This document shows positions 37,837 through 48,554 of a stretch of DNA of 64,000 bases, in pieces. A program made the position numbers and the translations under genes. The notes under the pieces were generated by a model. The model was given only the letters and a program-made list of their open reading frames with translations. It was not told the DNA's origin and searched no databases. Within the stretch, counting starts at the first letter, position 1; the number at the start of each line of letters is the position of its first letter. Origin of the DNA: an uncultured Bacteriovoracaceae bacterium (GTDB lineage: Bacteria > Bdellovibrionota > Bacteriovoracia > Bacteriovoracales > Bacteriovoracaceae); the NCBI GenBank assembly GCA_964012805.1, contig CAXGUD010000013.1, positions 1 through 64,000 of the forward strand, written 5' to 3'.

Positions 37837-38081
37837 TTGAAATCTATGGTAGTGCTTCTAAAAAACTCCTTATTAGACGTGAGCTGTCAATTCAAGACCT
37901 AAACATCAACCTTATGTCCTTCCTTCAAAATCTAGGACTCCCTATAGCGTCATCATGCCAAGGAGAAGGTATTTGCCGCTTATGCATTGTGAATGAGAGC
38001 GTGATTAGCTGTGGTATTTCAGTAAAAGACCTTCCTTTTGACAAAAAAGGCGTAAGAAAAGTGAGCATTGGCTATTTGTGA
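37812..38081 (+). CDS. 2Fe-2S ferredoxin-like protein
   Basis: SSCQGEGICRLC...SC (Cx5Cx2C...C). Confidence 0.7.
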   Translation: MPREKISLIEIYGSASKKLLIRRELSIQDLNINLMSFLQNLGLPIASSCQGEGICRLCIVNESVISCGISVKDLPFDKKGVRKVSIGYL

Positions 38082-38155
38082 AGAGTTTTCACTTGTCGGC
38101 GCTTACTCAAATTCATATCATGTTCTTAATTTAGGAATTTAAAAAGGTATTGTGA

Positions 38156-38761
38156 ATGAGGTATCTATCCTTCGATTTAGAAGCAACAGGGCTTGATCAA
38201 CACGATTACATCATCGAATTTGGTATGATCCCCTTTGACACGGAAACTAAGACGCTCGAGGAAAACCTTGCTAGAACTTTCACAGTTCACTGCCCATCTT
38301 TTGAAACTTTAAAACCTCAACTAGCCCCGTGGGTCATAGAACACAATGAAGGGCTTATCAAAAGGGCTCATGAAGAAGGTGTTGACCACACGACTTTTAG
38401 AAAAATGATGGAAGAATACCTCCAGAGTCCAGATGTTAAAGATTATTTCCAACCTACTACAATTAACCAAATTGTCCTCTTTGGCAAAAGTGTAAACTCA
38501 ATAGACATCCCCTTTTTAAATAGAGATCTTGGTTGGGGATTTATGAAAGAACACTTCAGTCATAGAGTGCTTGATTTAACGTCTACGGCCCTTACTCTTA
38601 TTGACCTCAACTTTTTGCCAGATGAATGCGCCTCCGGCTCAGACCTCATGAAGTATCTTGGAATGGGAGAAGTTGAGCACACCGCTCTCGCGGATGCAAA
38701 AAACACCGCCATTATGTACCTAAAACTAGTCGAGATGTTTTTCAATAACTCAGGTGAATAG
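38156..38761 (+). CDS. DEDDh 3'-5' exonuclease
   Basis: FDLEATG, SIDIPFL, HTALADA. Confidence 0.85.
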   Translation: MRYLSFDLEATGLDQHDYIIEFGMIPFDTETKTLEENLARTFTVHCPSFETLKPQLAPWVIEHNEGLIKRAHEEGVDHTTFRKMMEEYLQSPDVKDYFQPTTINQIVLFGKSVNSIDIPFLNRDLGWGFMKEHFSHRVLDLTSTALTLIDLNFLPDECASGSDLMKYLGMGEVEHTALADAKNTAIMYLKLVEMFFNNSGE

Positions 38762-38788
38762 ACTAAGTTAAATATTAGAAAAATTTCT

Positions 38789-39436
38789 TTAGTTCGAAAA
38801 AGAAATAAATTTAGAAGGGTTCAAAGCTTTTCCCTGCCTTCTAACTTCAAAATGCAAGTGTGGACCAGTAGATTTTCCCGTATTGCCGACTCTTCCAATA
38901 ACCTGCCCTTTTTTAACGACTTGACCTTTTGTTACATAGTTATCCTGGTTATGTGCATAAACGCTAAAAAAGCCTCCTTTATGAGCAATGACGATGATAT
39001 TTCCATAACCTCCTAGCTCGTTGCCTGAATAGACAACAACACCACTATTTGATGCCAAAATATGAGCACCTCTCTGCGCCGCAATATCCAACCCCTCATG
39101 AGGCCGTCCCCATCGGGTTCCAAAACGCGAACTAACTCTTGATGAAGACGGCACCGGCCATAAAAAAGCCTTATGACCAAGCAAAGACCATCCGCTGTCT
39201 ATTTTGCTAAAAATATGGGGAAGGATTCCCTTTTCCTCTGGAACAAAAACCCACTCACCAGGAACAAAAGACTTATCATCGTTTTCCCGCTCCAAATCAT
39301 AACGCGAAACACTATACTGCTTCGCAATACTTTTAAAAGATTCCCCTTCCTTAATTTTTACAAAATGACCACTTTTGAATTGAGTACAAGAAACAAAGAT
39401 GAAAACGAAAGCAATCTTTAAAATTTTACTCGTCAT
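38789..39436 (-). CDS. LysM + M23 peptidase lipoprotein (NlpD-like)
   Basis: Lipobox FVSC; LysM domain; HEGLD, YAHN, STGPHLHFEVR; downstream of surE. Confidence 0.88.
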   Translation of the reverse strand: MTSKILKIAFVFIFVSCTQFKSGHFVKIKEGESFKSIAKQYSVSRYDLERENDDKSFVPGEWVFVPEEKGILPHIFSKIDSGWSLLGHKAFLWPVPSSSRVSSRFGTRWGRPHEGLDIAAQRGAHILASNSGVVVYSGNELGGYGNIIVIAHKGGFFSVYAHNQDNYVTKGQVVKKGQVIGRVGNTGKSTGPHLHFEVRRQGKALNPSKFISFSN

Positions 39437-39487
39437 TGTAATCTCCATCCATGGAAATAAAATTTTGATTTGTTTAAAACTTACTTT

Positions 39488-40276
39488 TTATCTAAATTCA
39501 AAAATCTTTTCAGAGAGCTTGTTCCAACACTTTTGATCAATTCTCCCTTTTTCCAAAAGGCTCAGAGGAGTAATCGAAACTTTTCCCTCAGAGACTGCAT
39601 AGCAATCTGTTTTTTCGTTACCTTCAAACCCTTCGTAGATCCCACCAATCCAAAAATAATCTCTTCCCCTAAAATCTCGGCGCATTTGAATTTCTTCTGA
39701 GTATTTTTGAAACCCCAAACTGGTCAGTTCTACACCTTTGATCTCTTCAATTGGGAGGTTTGGTACATTTATATTAAGAAGTCCCATAGGCTCTAAAAGT
39801 AAATGGAATTTTTGCTCGACGAATTTTTTAGTAAATTCTCCTGCTGTTTCATAGAAAAGAGGGTTGCTCTTTGGTGTTCCAAAAGAACTTGCAGTACTTA
39901 CGCTTAAGGCTGGTACACCGTGAAAAACTGCCTCTCTTGCTGCCGCAACTGTTCCCGAATAATATGTGTCCTGACCTAAGTTTGGACCGCGGTTAATTCC
40001 ACTAACTACCAGGTCCGGCTTTCTTCCTTTTTTTTCCTTAAAAAGATGAATAACTCCTAATAGTGCACAATCTGCAGGATATCCACTACACCCATAAATA
40101 TCCTTCTCCAGCTCAATAAGTCTAAGTGGGTGGTCTAGCGTAAGTGTGTGACCTGTTGTCGACCTTTCTTCAAGTGGAGCAACAACAGTAACATTACCAA
40201 TTTGACTTAGAGATTTTCTAAGGCTTTTTATTCCTTCCGCATAAACGCCATCATCATTTGAAATAAGAATCTCCAT
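39488..40276 (-). CDS. surE: 5'/3'-nucleotidase SurE
   Basis: ILISNDDG, VVAP, GYPADC, SGINRGPN, YSGTVAAA. Confidence 0.95.
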   Translation of the reverse strand: MEILISNDDGVYAEGIKSLRKSLSQIGNVTVVAPLEERSTTGHTLTLDHPLRLIELEKDIYGCSGYPADCALLGVIHLFKEKKGRKPDLVVSGINRGPNLGQDTYYSGTVAAAREAVFHGVPALSVSTASSFGTPKSNPLFYETAGEFTKKFVEQKFHLLLEPMGLLNINVPNLPIEEIKGVELTSLGFQKYSEEIQMRRDFRGRDYFWIGGIYEGFEGNEKTDCYAVSEGKVSITPLSLLEKGRIDQKCWNKLSEKIFEFR

Positions 40277-40378
40277 CTTTCCTCCCCTGAACTCCACAAT
40301 TTTTTGCGGAAAATCTACTGTGTTCTCGACCTTTTACTCTTCTAAAAACCAGTAATCAAGATTACTTGGCCATAAAAT

Positions 40379-41071
40379 CTATAAGGAAAGCTCTTTTTCA
40401 ATCGCTTGGTCAAAAATTTCTATTTCGGCCTTAAGTAATCTAAGATCAACATTCCGATAAGAAGATTCAAAGTGATGATCTATTGGAAGAGAAATAATGT
40501 CAAAAGGCATCATATTTAAAACTCTTTCAAGAAAATTTAAAGGTCTTACACCCCTAATAAGGTTTTTTAACTTCATGCGCTGTATATGCTCACCGTAATT
40601 ATCCCAAAACTGATCAAAAATAAGCTCCAAACTTCTGGATTTATCAAAGTCATATAATAAATCTAGAGACCATACCATACCTCTTAGGTTATAGCATTTA
40701 AGAACTTCATCCAAAGCAATACCTGGTGAGTAATGCCAAAAAAATGGGACTCCAAATTGATCATAAAAACCTGCATCCTTTTCATCACTAAACTCAAGTA
40801 CCATTTCTGAAGTGCTCGAACTTTTTTCCAAGACCTTGTTCAAGTCTTCAACAACCTTCTTGATAAGAAAATCTTTTTCATTAGAAAAATGTAAATAAAA
40901 ATTTTCTTGATTATCAGGGATATCGTTTATCATTTCTTGAAAGACGTGAAGCTGTAAAAAATTCAAACTTCGAGGCCTAAAATCAAATTGAAAAGACTTA
41001 AGCCCCATTGAACGTGCGGCATCTAGAGTTTCACAGCTATAAATTCCATCCAACCGAATCAGATTCTTCAT
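40379..41071 (-). CDS. Divergent TrpF-like (TIM barrel) protein
   Basis: IRLDGI...FDFRPRSLNF resembles TrpF KICGI...F(I/V)FYPKSPR; C-terminal FESSYRNVD resembles VESSPG-KD; catalytic Cys missing. Confidence 0.5.
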   Translation of the reverse strand: MKNLIRLDGIYSCETLDAARSMGLKSFQFDFRPRSLNFLQLHVFQEMINDIPDNQENFYLHFSNEKDFLIKKVVEDLNKVLEKSSSTSEMVLEFSDEKDAGFYDQFGVPFFWHYSPGIALDEVLKCYNLRGMVWSLDLLYDFDKSRSLELIFDQFWDNYGEHIQRMKLKNLIRGVRPLNFLERVLNMMPFDIISLPIDHHFESSYRNVDLRLLKAEIEIFDQAIEKELSL

Positions 41072-41720
41072 AATTGAAATTATACAAAAAATACTTAAGA
41101 GGCTCAAAAAACAAAGATGGGAAAGAGGTGCCGATAGACTCTGGATGGAACTGGTAACTTACCCCCCGCTCAAATAACCTCATTAGAACCTCATCATTCT
41201 CATCTAGGATTTCTTTAAAACTATTTTTAATTTTTTGTTTCTTAATAGACAGGGAGTTATACCTCTGCACCAGTATATTTCTACCCCAGGTTTCTTTTGG
41301 AAAACAGCTCTCCCATGAAGGGATTTTAAGAGAAACAGTCTGCGCATGAATAGGGTTTTTACTAAGGGCAACATCATCACCAAAAATTCTTCCCATAATT
41401 TGATGCCCCAAGCAAATCCCAACATGAAAAAGCCTATTGCAGCTCAATAACTCCTTGATGGAGGAAAAAAGATTCGAATATTCATCTGGATGTCCTGGGC
41501 CTGGACCATAAACAAGGATATGAACATTGTTAAAAAGAAAAGGACTTTTTAAAAAGGAACTTATTCTACAAAACGGAATAACTTGAAAGGAATAGCCTAA
41601 CAAACCAAGGTAAGTTGCAATATTAAAAGTAAAGCTGTCATTAAAATCAAGGAGGCTTATTATTGGTTCCCTCCCCAATTTGTCTTTATAAATCCGATAA
41701 GGATGTAAAACTGTTGTCAT
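41037..41720 (-). CDS. Type I glutamine amidotransferase (PabA/TrpG-like)
   Basis: DFNDSFTFN, GPGPGHP, GICLGHQ, RYNSL, QFHPES; true start possibly TTG 41678. Confidence 0.85.
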   Translation of the reverse strand: MTTVLHPYRIYKDKLGREPIISLLDFNDSFTFNIATYLGLLGYSFQVIPFCRISSFLKSPFLFNNVHILVYGPGPGHPDEYSNLFSSIKELLSCNRLFHVGICLGHQIMGRIFGDDVALSKNPIHAQTVSLKIPSWESCFPKETWGRNILVQRYNSLSIKKQKIKNSFKEILDENDEVLMRLFERGVSYQFHPESIGTSFPSLFFEPLKYFLYNFNYEESDSVGWNL

Positions 41721-44160
41721 TAAAGTTTACCAAAAAGTTAAAAAGAAATTTCTTGCTGGATAGGTCATCTTTATAACCCCAAATGAGCCTCCAACAATTA
41801 TTATGTGGTTTATAAGTTACTTGGTATAAAGACAATTCTTTAACTTTTTCTTGAAGATTCCACTTAAACTCACCATCAAAGGTCCAAGCATCCATAGGCG
41901 ATAAAGAAAAAGAAGCTTTTAAATTTCTTGCAGGCTCAAGGCCATTCACTGTATTTTGTTCCCAACCAAAACTTACGTTTCCTGATAAAACCCTTTGCCC
42001 TATATCTAAATTAAATTTATGCCCTTTAAAATTATCGCTAAAAAAGTAATACTCAGAAAAAGAGAGAGTCGTTCCCGTTTCCTCAAATGTTGTCCCACCA
42101 TTAACATAGAGCCTCGTAAGGCGATTCAACAACCTTTCATCAGTAACGGTGAAATCGATACCTTGACTTATGTTCAAATAGGCAACTTCTCTAAAATTAA
42201 AATTATCACGTAGACTTCTTCCATCATTGAAAGGCTTGTAGTCTTTCACGCTTTTTCTAATAACAGAATGATTCCATTGAAACTCCAAAGTATTTTCTTT
42301 TGGCAAACTGGTACTAGGACTTAACTGAGCATTAAGATATTTTTTTGTCTTTAAAAAATCGACATGGTCAAAGATACCTTCAGAAGTAGAGATCTGATTC
42401 AAAAAACTCTGGTTGCCTTTATATTTTTGATCAGTCAAATAATAATGGTTAAAAATGAACATCTGAGAATGCTTATAGCTATCCTTCTTGATCGATATGT
42501 TTTGTCTCTTGTAGTAATTTTCGGAGCTAGGAAACTCCCCAATTACATCGCCCACATTTTTTTTTGATAAGTCTCTTTTTCCCTTTTCCTTTTTTCTTTT
42601 GGATTCTTTTTGAAAACTTCTATATTTCTCAACATCTAATTCCTTCAGGGGAAGCTTTTCTTCATAAGCCAATCCAAAAATTTTCTCTAACTCAAAAGAC
42701 ATAGAACTTTCAAATACGAAGCCTTCTTTAGAAAAGGTTGGTTCTTCTTTTTCATACGGAAAAACGTAATCTTGTCGGTCCCAAGTTATTTTCGACGTAA
42801 AATCAAAAGGACCTTTTCTAAAAAAAGTCATATCTATGTAGGGAGCACTATTTAAACGACTGGCATTTCTTATATAGCTCGTTTCCTTAACGTGATTCTG
42901 CTTAAACACTTTCAAATCTGACTCAAATCCAATATTCAAATTTTTAAATAGACTGGAGGAAATATTCCACAAATTAATTGGAACAGTTGAAAAGTTCAAC
43001 TGAGGTAAAATCTGAATGAACTCTTCATCGAACTCAAAAGGAGAATCAATAAGCTGACTTCTGTAAAAATGCCCTTCAATGGAAGACTCAAAAAGTGAGC
43101 TTCTAAATTCTAGAAAAGTTGACCCACCCCACTCTGGTGAGAATGTTTTTTTCTCTATAAAAAAATCGAAATCTTTTAATAAATCAAGGTCTGTCCCATT
43201 TGTATAATGAAAGTGATGGTTAACGTTTTCTCCTAAAGAAAAATGATGCTCCCATTCGTAAAATGCCCTTTTCACTATTTCTTGGCCTCTATTGGTCGAT
43301 CCATCTCCACTATAAATTTGATCCCTAATAAGTATTGTATCAAGTTCCAACCAGTTCCTGTGACCAAAGACTTTTCTTAGTTGAACTTCAGTACCATTTC
43401 CCCTTAGACCATAGAAAGAAGGAGTAAAAGTCATATCCATAGACCGACTTATATTCCAAAACCAAGGTTGTCTGTAATAAACACCCTCTCCACTGGGAAA
43501 AGAAAAACTTGGAAACAAAAGTCCACTTTCTCTTTTCTTTTTAATAGGCAGTATTATGTAAGGAACGTATAAAACAGTCACTCCATTAACTTTTATATAA
43601 GCTTCCTTAATTCTTATGTACTGCCCTAAAGTTATTTTTATACTTTTACCAAAAATACTCCATGACTCAGGACAATCTCTACAAGTGCTATACTCAGCGT
43701 TAATAGCGTTAACAATGCCTTTTCTAGGCATCGAAATGAACTCGCCCCAAACGACAAAGTTATCAGCTATAATTCTCGCATCTTTAACTTCAAGGTTACT
43801 TTTTTTAAAATTGTAGAAAAGCCTTGTCCCATAAAAAGTGATGCCTTCTCCAACGTACCTAACATTGCCCTGTACATTTAAAGTGCCTTCACCATATTTG
43901 AGCGAAGCCTTCTCGCCGTAGAGCATCTCCGTTCCATGAACGATAACAACATTGCCAACGGCATTGTATTCACTTTTCGAGGTTCGTCGGTAAGCTTTGT
44001 CAGAGAGAATCTGAACATCATCACCAGTCTTAAAGTCAAAACTAGTTCTTGCCAAAAGGTCCATTGAAGAAACTAAAGTGACTCCAACCAGAAAAAGGAG
44101 ACCAAAAGAAAATAAAACTCCTCTACACCTTTGAAAGTAAAAACTTTTGTACTTCGCCAA
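41686..44160 (-). CDS. lptD: LPS-assembly protein LptD
   Basis: OstA-like N-domain, YSTC...W, RESGLLFP, PWFWNI, C-terminal NCW. Confidence 0.85.
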   Translation of the reverse strand: MAKYKSFYFQRCRGVLFSFGLLFLVGVTLVSSMDLLARTSFDFKTGDDVQILSDKAYRRTSKSEYNAVGNVVIVHGTEMLYGEKASLKYGEGTLNVQGNVRYVGEGITFYGTRLFYNFKKSNLEVKDARIIADNFVVWGEFISMPRKGIVNAINAEYSTCRDCPESWSIFGKSIKITLGQYIRIKEAYIKVNGVTVLYVPYIILPIKKKRESGLLFPSFSFPSGEGVYYRQPWFWNISRSMDMTFTPSFYGLRGNGTEVQLRKVFGHRNWLELDTILIRDQIYSGDGSTNRGQEIVKRAFYEWEHHFSLGENVNHHFHYTNGTDLDLLKDFDFFIEKKTFSPEWGGSTFLEFRSSLFESSIEGHFYRSQLIDSPFEFDEEFIQILPQLNFSTVPINLWNISSSLFKNLNIGFESDLKVFKQNHVKETSYIRNASRLNSAPYIDMTFFRKGPFDFTSKITWDRQDYVFPYEKEEPTFSKEGFVFESSMSFELEKIFGLAYEEKLPLKELDVEKYRSFQKESKRKKEKGKRDLSKKNVGDVIGEFPSSENYYKRQNISIKKDSYKHSQMFIFNHYYLTDQKYKGNQSFLNQISTSEGIFDHVDFLKTKKYLNAQLSPSTSLPKENTLEFQWNHSVIRKSVKDYKPFNDGRSLRDNFNFREVAYLNISQGIDFTVTDERLLNRLTRLYVNGGTTFEETGTTLSFSEYYFFSDNFKGHKFNLDIGQRVLSGNVSFGWEQNTVNGLEPARNLKASFSLSPMDAWTFDGEFKWNLQEKVKELSLYQVTYKPHNNCWRLIWGYKDDLSSKKFLFNFLVNFNDNSFTSLSDL

Positions 44161-45496
44161 TAAAATAATACGATCCTGTTATGAGAGTTCTTTGACCCTC
44201 AGTTTGTTTTCCAGAAACTTTTTTTTGAAACCTACTGTTTAACCACTCCTGCCAGTCTAATAAAACTTGAATCCCCAAGGAGTCGCATAATTTTAAAATT
44301 TGATCATCACCTTTATCGTTCTTTTCAGCTTCTTTCCTCCATGCCTTTTCGTGATCAAAAAAAGTTAACGCAATACTTTTGTAAAGACATGGGTAGGTTG
44401 CAAGATGAGAAAGAGAATCTAAGATATCCTTTTTATTCCTTTTTGAAAAAGATAAAAGTACGTGGTCAAAAAAAGCTTCCTTTAAAGCTCCAGTTAACTT
44501 CCTTATCCCATCGATATTGTGGGCCCCCACGAATAGGACTTCATGGCCTGTCCCAATCTCCCATCTTTCAAATCGGCCTTTGCCTCCCGTAAAATCAGAA
44601 TAAAGGTCAGAATTTACATTTTTCCGCACAACATCTGGAGGCAAGGACTCAAAGACCTCCTGCTTTTCACTTAAACAAAAAGTTTCTTTTAAAAGATAGG
44701 CCATTACTTTATTTCTAAAAACATAATGGTCACTCTTTTTCAAATACCCCATTTTAAAGAGGTCATAGTGAGGGACATCCTTTTTTGAGCAAAAGGAATG
44801 TGTTTGTGATTGAAGCCACTCCAATTCAAAGCCAGTGATCAGAGGGACCTGAGGTCTAGAAATACCCAGCTTTTCCATCAGTATCTCTTTTAAGCTATTC
44901 CCCAAAATTCCTTGATGATCCCTTGAAAGAGAGCAAATGGCCGTCAAATCTGGGCCTAGAAAATTGACCGCATCAAGTCTTCCTCCAAGTCCTACTTCCA
45001 ATAAAACAACGTCCAGACCTTTGGACTTTTCTATGGACAAAGAAAGTTCACAAAAAACGAAAAACAAAAACTCGTAGTAACTCAAAGACCAACCATTGGC
45101 CAAACAAGATTTTCTACTAGAATCTAAGTATTGGTTTAAAAGTTCGTAAGAGGCGTGTTTACCGTGAAAAAGAAACCTCTCCCTTAAGCTTAAAATATGA
45201 GGCGAAGTCCAAAGAGCTGTCCTTAGACCCTCTTTACGAAGGAGGCCATCCAAACGATGGGCAGTTTCGCCCTTGCCATTTGTTCCACCAATTACAATGA
45301 TCTTTATGTTTTTTTCTAAAAAGAAGGGTTTAAATGATTTTATAACATCTTTAGCATCGCTCTTATTAGATAGAAGAAGTTTTTCTTCGCCATACCACTT
45401 AGAGAGCTTCGTCTTTAAATTTTCTTCTTTGTCGGGTTGGAAGTCTCCTTCCCCTCCAACAACAGCTTGACCACCCAAGCCCAGTAAATCTATCAT
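44123..45496 (-). CDS. folC: Folylpolyglutamate/dihydrofolate synthase
   Basis: GGTNGKG, TSPHI...ER, LEVGLGGRLDAVN, DH...LG, GRFE, GSYYFIG; follows accD; alternative start 45547. Confidence 0.88.
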   Translation of the reverse strand: MIDLLGLGGQAVVGGEGDFQPDKEENLKTKLSKWYGEEKLLLSNKSDAKDVIKSFKPFFLEKNIKIIVIGGTNGKGETAHRLDGLLRKEGLRTALWTSPHILSLRERFLFHGKHASYELLNQYLDSSRKSCLANGWSLSYYEFLFFVFCELSLSIEKSKGLDVVLLEVGLGGRLDAVNFLGPDLTAICSLSRDHQGILGNSLKEILMEKLGISRPQVPLITGFELEWLQSQTHSFCSKKDVPHYDLFKMGYLKKSDHYVFRNKVMAYLLKETFCLSEKQEVFESLPPDVVRKNVNSDLYSDFTGGKGRFERWEIGTGHEVLFVGAHNIDGIRKLTGALKEAFFDHVLLSFSKRNKKDILDSLSHLATYPCLYKSIALTFFDHEKAWRKEAEKNDKGDDQILKLCDSLGIQVLLDWQEWLNSRFQKKVSGKQTEGQRTLITGSYYFIGEVQKFLLSKV

Positions 45497-45527
45497 AAAT
45501 TGGCCCTGATAAAGACTTGAGCTATTT

Positions 45528-46385
45528 TCAGCTTTTCTCTTTCCCAAACATTTTAAGAAAGAAGGACAACTTGCTTTTCAATTCATGACGAGGAACAATG
45601 CAATCAATAAACCCGTGGTCTAATAAAAACTCAGACCTTTGAAAACCGTCAGGAAGAATTTGTCTGATTGATTGCTCTATAACCCTAGGTCCTGCAAAAC
45701 CAATCAGAGCATTAGGCTCTGCAATATTAATATCCCCAAGCATAGCAAAACTAGCTGCAACACCGCCAGTTGTGGGGTCAGTCAAAACAGAGATATAAGG
45801 AATCCCTGCATTTCGAAGTCTTTGCCTAGCTGCTGACGTTTTTGCCATTTGCATAAGTGACAGAATCCCCTCTTGCATTCTTGCCCCTCCGGAGCAAGAG
45901 ATCACAACAGCCGGAATTTTTTCTTCCAAAGCTTTATCCATTGCCGCAGAGACTTTCTCACCGGCAACAACCCCCATAGAACCTCCCATAAATTGGAAGT
46001 CCATCACTGCGATTGAAACCTTTTGGCCTTCAATTGAACCAAGTCCACAAAGCACACTGTCCAAATTTCCAGTTTTTTCCCTGGCTTGAACAAGTCTGTC
46101 TTTATAGGGCTTTTTATCGGTAAAGATTAATGGATCTTTTGTCGCATAATTATCTTTTAAGGGCCGAAAAGAATTTTCGTCTAATAGACCATCTATCCGC
46201 TCTCTTGCAGTAAGCCTGAAATGATGATTGCAATAAGGGCAAACATTTTGGTTATCTACAAGTTTTAGGGATTGAATAATCTCTCCACAATTAGAACACT
46301 TTTTCCACAATCCCGAAGGAGTATTAGAAACAACTCTTTTAGCACTTTTTAATTTTGGACTTTTTACTGTGTCAAACCAACGCAT
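45528..46385 (-). CDS. accD: Acetyl-CoA carboxylase carboxyltransferase beta subunit
   Basis: Zn ribbon, FMGGSMG, SGGARMQEG, PTTGGV, GFAGPRVIEQ. Confidence 0.97.
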   Translation of the reverse strand: MRWFDTVKSPKLKSAKRVVSNTPSGLWKKCSNCGEIIQSLKLVDNQNVCPYCNHHFRLTARERIDGLLDENSFRPLKDNYATKDPLIFTDKKPYKDRLVQAREKTGNLDSVLCGLGSIEGQKVSIAVMDFQFMGGSMGVVAGEKVSAAMDKALEEKIPAVVISCSGGARMQEGILSLMQMAKTSAARQRLRNAGIPYISVLTDPTTGGVAASFAMLGDINIAEPNALIGFAGPRVIEQSIRQILPDGFQRSEFLLDHGFIDCIVPRHELKSKLSFFLKMFGKEKS

Positions 46386-46512
46386 ATAATTTTACCTCTT
46401 TTTTCCCCATTAACTGGCCAAGGGTTGACTAGAAGTCATCTTCATCCCTTCTTTGGAAAACGACAAGCTTTTTTTATTAACTTTTTTAATGCACAATTAA
46501 AACTTTTCTAAA

Positions 46513-47352
46513 TCACTTTCCCTTTTTCATTTTTGCAAGGCTTCCGTAGACTTCCTTTGAAGGTCTATCAAGCAAACAGCCCAACAGCTTACTTAAATCT
46601 TTAACACTTCCCGATTCAAGATAGTTTGAAGCCATTTCTTCGGCTTTTTTTAAAAGAGGGGCCTTATCTTTCCCTCCTATAGATGACAAAACGATAACAA
46701 ACTCACCCTTAAAATTAATTCCAATTTTTTCATTATCGTAATCGGAAGCTTTGAATCGATAAGCGGTTTCATACTTTTTCGTTATTTCTCTTAATACAGC
46801 AATATCAGCTTCCGGCAATGCCTTTTTAATCTCTTCTAAAGTTTGATCGACCCGTTTCGGCGATTCAAAAAAAACATGAGTTTTACCTAAAACTCCCATC
46901 AAGGCAATAAAACTCTTCTTTTTTTGCAAATCACGAGGAAGAAAACCATGAAACTGAAAAGGGTAGGGAGGCAAACCGCTCAACTCTAAAGCTGCAATAA
47001 CAGAACTAACTCCTGGCACTGTTTCTAACTTAAAACCCCAATCTAAAGCTCCTTTTACTAAAGGATGGGCAGGGTCACTCATTAAAGGACTCCCTGCATC
47101 TGAGCAAAAAACAATCTCTTCACCCTCTTCCAAAAGCTTTTTGGCAAATTGTAAACGGGAGTCCTTAGAGTGCTCATGAAAGGAATATACTCTTTTTCCA
47201 TCTGACTCTATTCCCTGAGACCGGAGCAGGTTAAAAAAGGGACGAGTATCCTCAACAAAAAACAGAGTTTTTTTTTCAAGAATTTTTCGTCCCCTTAGAG
47301 TTAAATCATCTGGGTTTCCAATAGGAACACTTAACAAGATTAAACGACTCAA
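46513..47352 (-). CDS. rsmI: 16S rRNA C1402 2'-O-methyltransferase
   Basis: PIGNPDD, EDTR, SDAGSPLMSDP, FHGFLP, FESPKR, REITK. Confidence 0.92.
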   Translation of the reverse strand: MSRLILLSVPIGNPDDLTLRGRKILEKKTLFFVEDTRPFFNLLRSQGIESDGKRVYSFHEHSKDSRLQFAKKLLEEGEEIVFCSDAGSPLMSDPAHPLVKGALDWGFKLETVPGVSSVIAALELSGLPPYPFQFHGFLPRDLQKKKSFIALMGVLGKTHVFFESPKRVDQTLEEIKKALPEADIAVLREITKKYETAYRFKASDYDNEKIGINFKGEFVIVLSSIGGKDKAPLLKKAEEMASNYLESGSVKDLSKLLGCLLDRPSKEVYGSLAKMKKGK

Positions 47353-47509
47353 TTGATTCTCCTCTTAAGCCAAATCACATTTCCATGGTTTACCCAACTT
47401 TACCTAATTAACCAACTCATCAAAACATAAAAAATTCCTATCTACACACCGCACAACATACAGAGTAAAATTTAAGAATATTTTAAAAATAAAAATGGGA
47501 GGCTTACCT

Positions 47510-47899
47510 ATGTCTATGAAAGCACAAATAAGGACCGACTCGACAGGTAATATTACGGTTCACATGCGGGGCGGTCTCAATTACGAGCACAGTGCACCAT
47601 TTAAGCAGGAGCTTGAAGAACTTATAATGGAAAATCCGCGCTCAATCATTACACTTGATATGCACTTTTTAGACTTTGTTGGCTCCTCAGGTATCAGCAC
47701 TTTCGTAAAAACAATTAAAGAACTTAATAAAGATTCAACTAAAGTTAGACTTTCTAATGTTAAAAAAGAGTTTATTAAAGTTTTTAAACTTTACGATGGC
47801 GGTGTTTTAGAATCCATCATTGATGAATTTGATAACGACAATATCCCAGGTTTTAATAACGGTCTGGGAATGCCTGGCAAAAGAACCTTTGAAAACTAG
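47510..47899 (+). CDS. STAS-domain anti-sigma-factor antagonist
   Basis: LDMHFLDFVGSSGI; GGAGG SD before ATG 47510. Confidence 0.8.
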   Translation: MSMKAQIRTDSTGNITVHMRGGLNYEHSAPFKQELEELIMENPRSIITLDMHFLDFVGSSGISTFVKTIKELNKDSTKVRLSNVKKEFIKVFKLYDGGVLESIIDEFDNDNIPGFNNGLGMPGKRTFEN

Positions 47900-47947
47900 T
47901 CTAAAATTTTAAAAGAAAATTAAGAGAAAAACGACACTCTAAAAACC

Positions 47948-48379
47948 CTAATATGACAGGGCAAGGATGGGAACATAAAACCCCCATCCTTTATTGTTTT
48001 TTTGAGCTTTTTTCCTTGGGTCATAGAGAGTGCTAAAGGCTTGCTGATGTCCATTTACTAAGAGCTCTTTGCCCTTTTCTTGAAAAAAATGACCATATTC
48101 GTCATCGTACTCTCTTTGAAAGCCGTGACTCAGGACAACATAGGTTCCAAAAATCAAACCTGCGTAGAGTCCTAATGAAGCTCCTTGAGCAATTGCACGA
48201 GCACCATTACCAAAAGCGAGGGTCGCAGTTCCTAAAAGCGCCCCACCGATTGTCCCATACAAGGCCATTGAACCCAATGCTCGGCTCTTAGCATCTTGGG
48301 CCTGAGCTTCTCCTCCGCCTAAAAAGAAGCACAAGGAAACAGCAAGAAAAAAGGTATGTATTCTTTTCATAACTTCCAT
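47948..48379 (-). CDS. Hypothetical membrane protein (Gly-zipper helices)
   Basis: Signal peptide; YGTIGGALLG and GASLGLYAG. Confidence 0.65.
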   Translation of the reverse strand: MEVMKRIHTFFLAVSLCFFLGGGEAQAQDAKSRALGSMALYGTIGGALLGTATLAFGNGARAIAQGASLGLYAGLIFGTYVVLSHGFQREYDDEYGHFFQEKGKELLVNGHQQAFSTLYDPRKKAQKNNKGWGFYVPILALSY

Positions 48380-48554
48380 GGCTCATAGGATAATTAAAAG
48401 CTCCCCTTTTGGCAAAAATATCTTTATCTCTCAGAAAAGAAAGACTATCAAAATGAAGTACTTAAAAAATGAAAACCTATGCCTGATCATTGTTTAATCT
48501 TGTTTATTTTGCTAAGAGAAGAGCCTGAAAATTTTTTACAAAAAAGGAAGGGGC

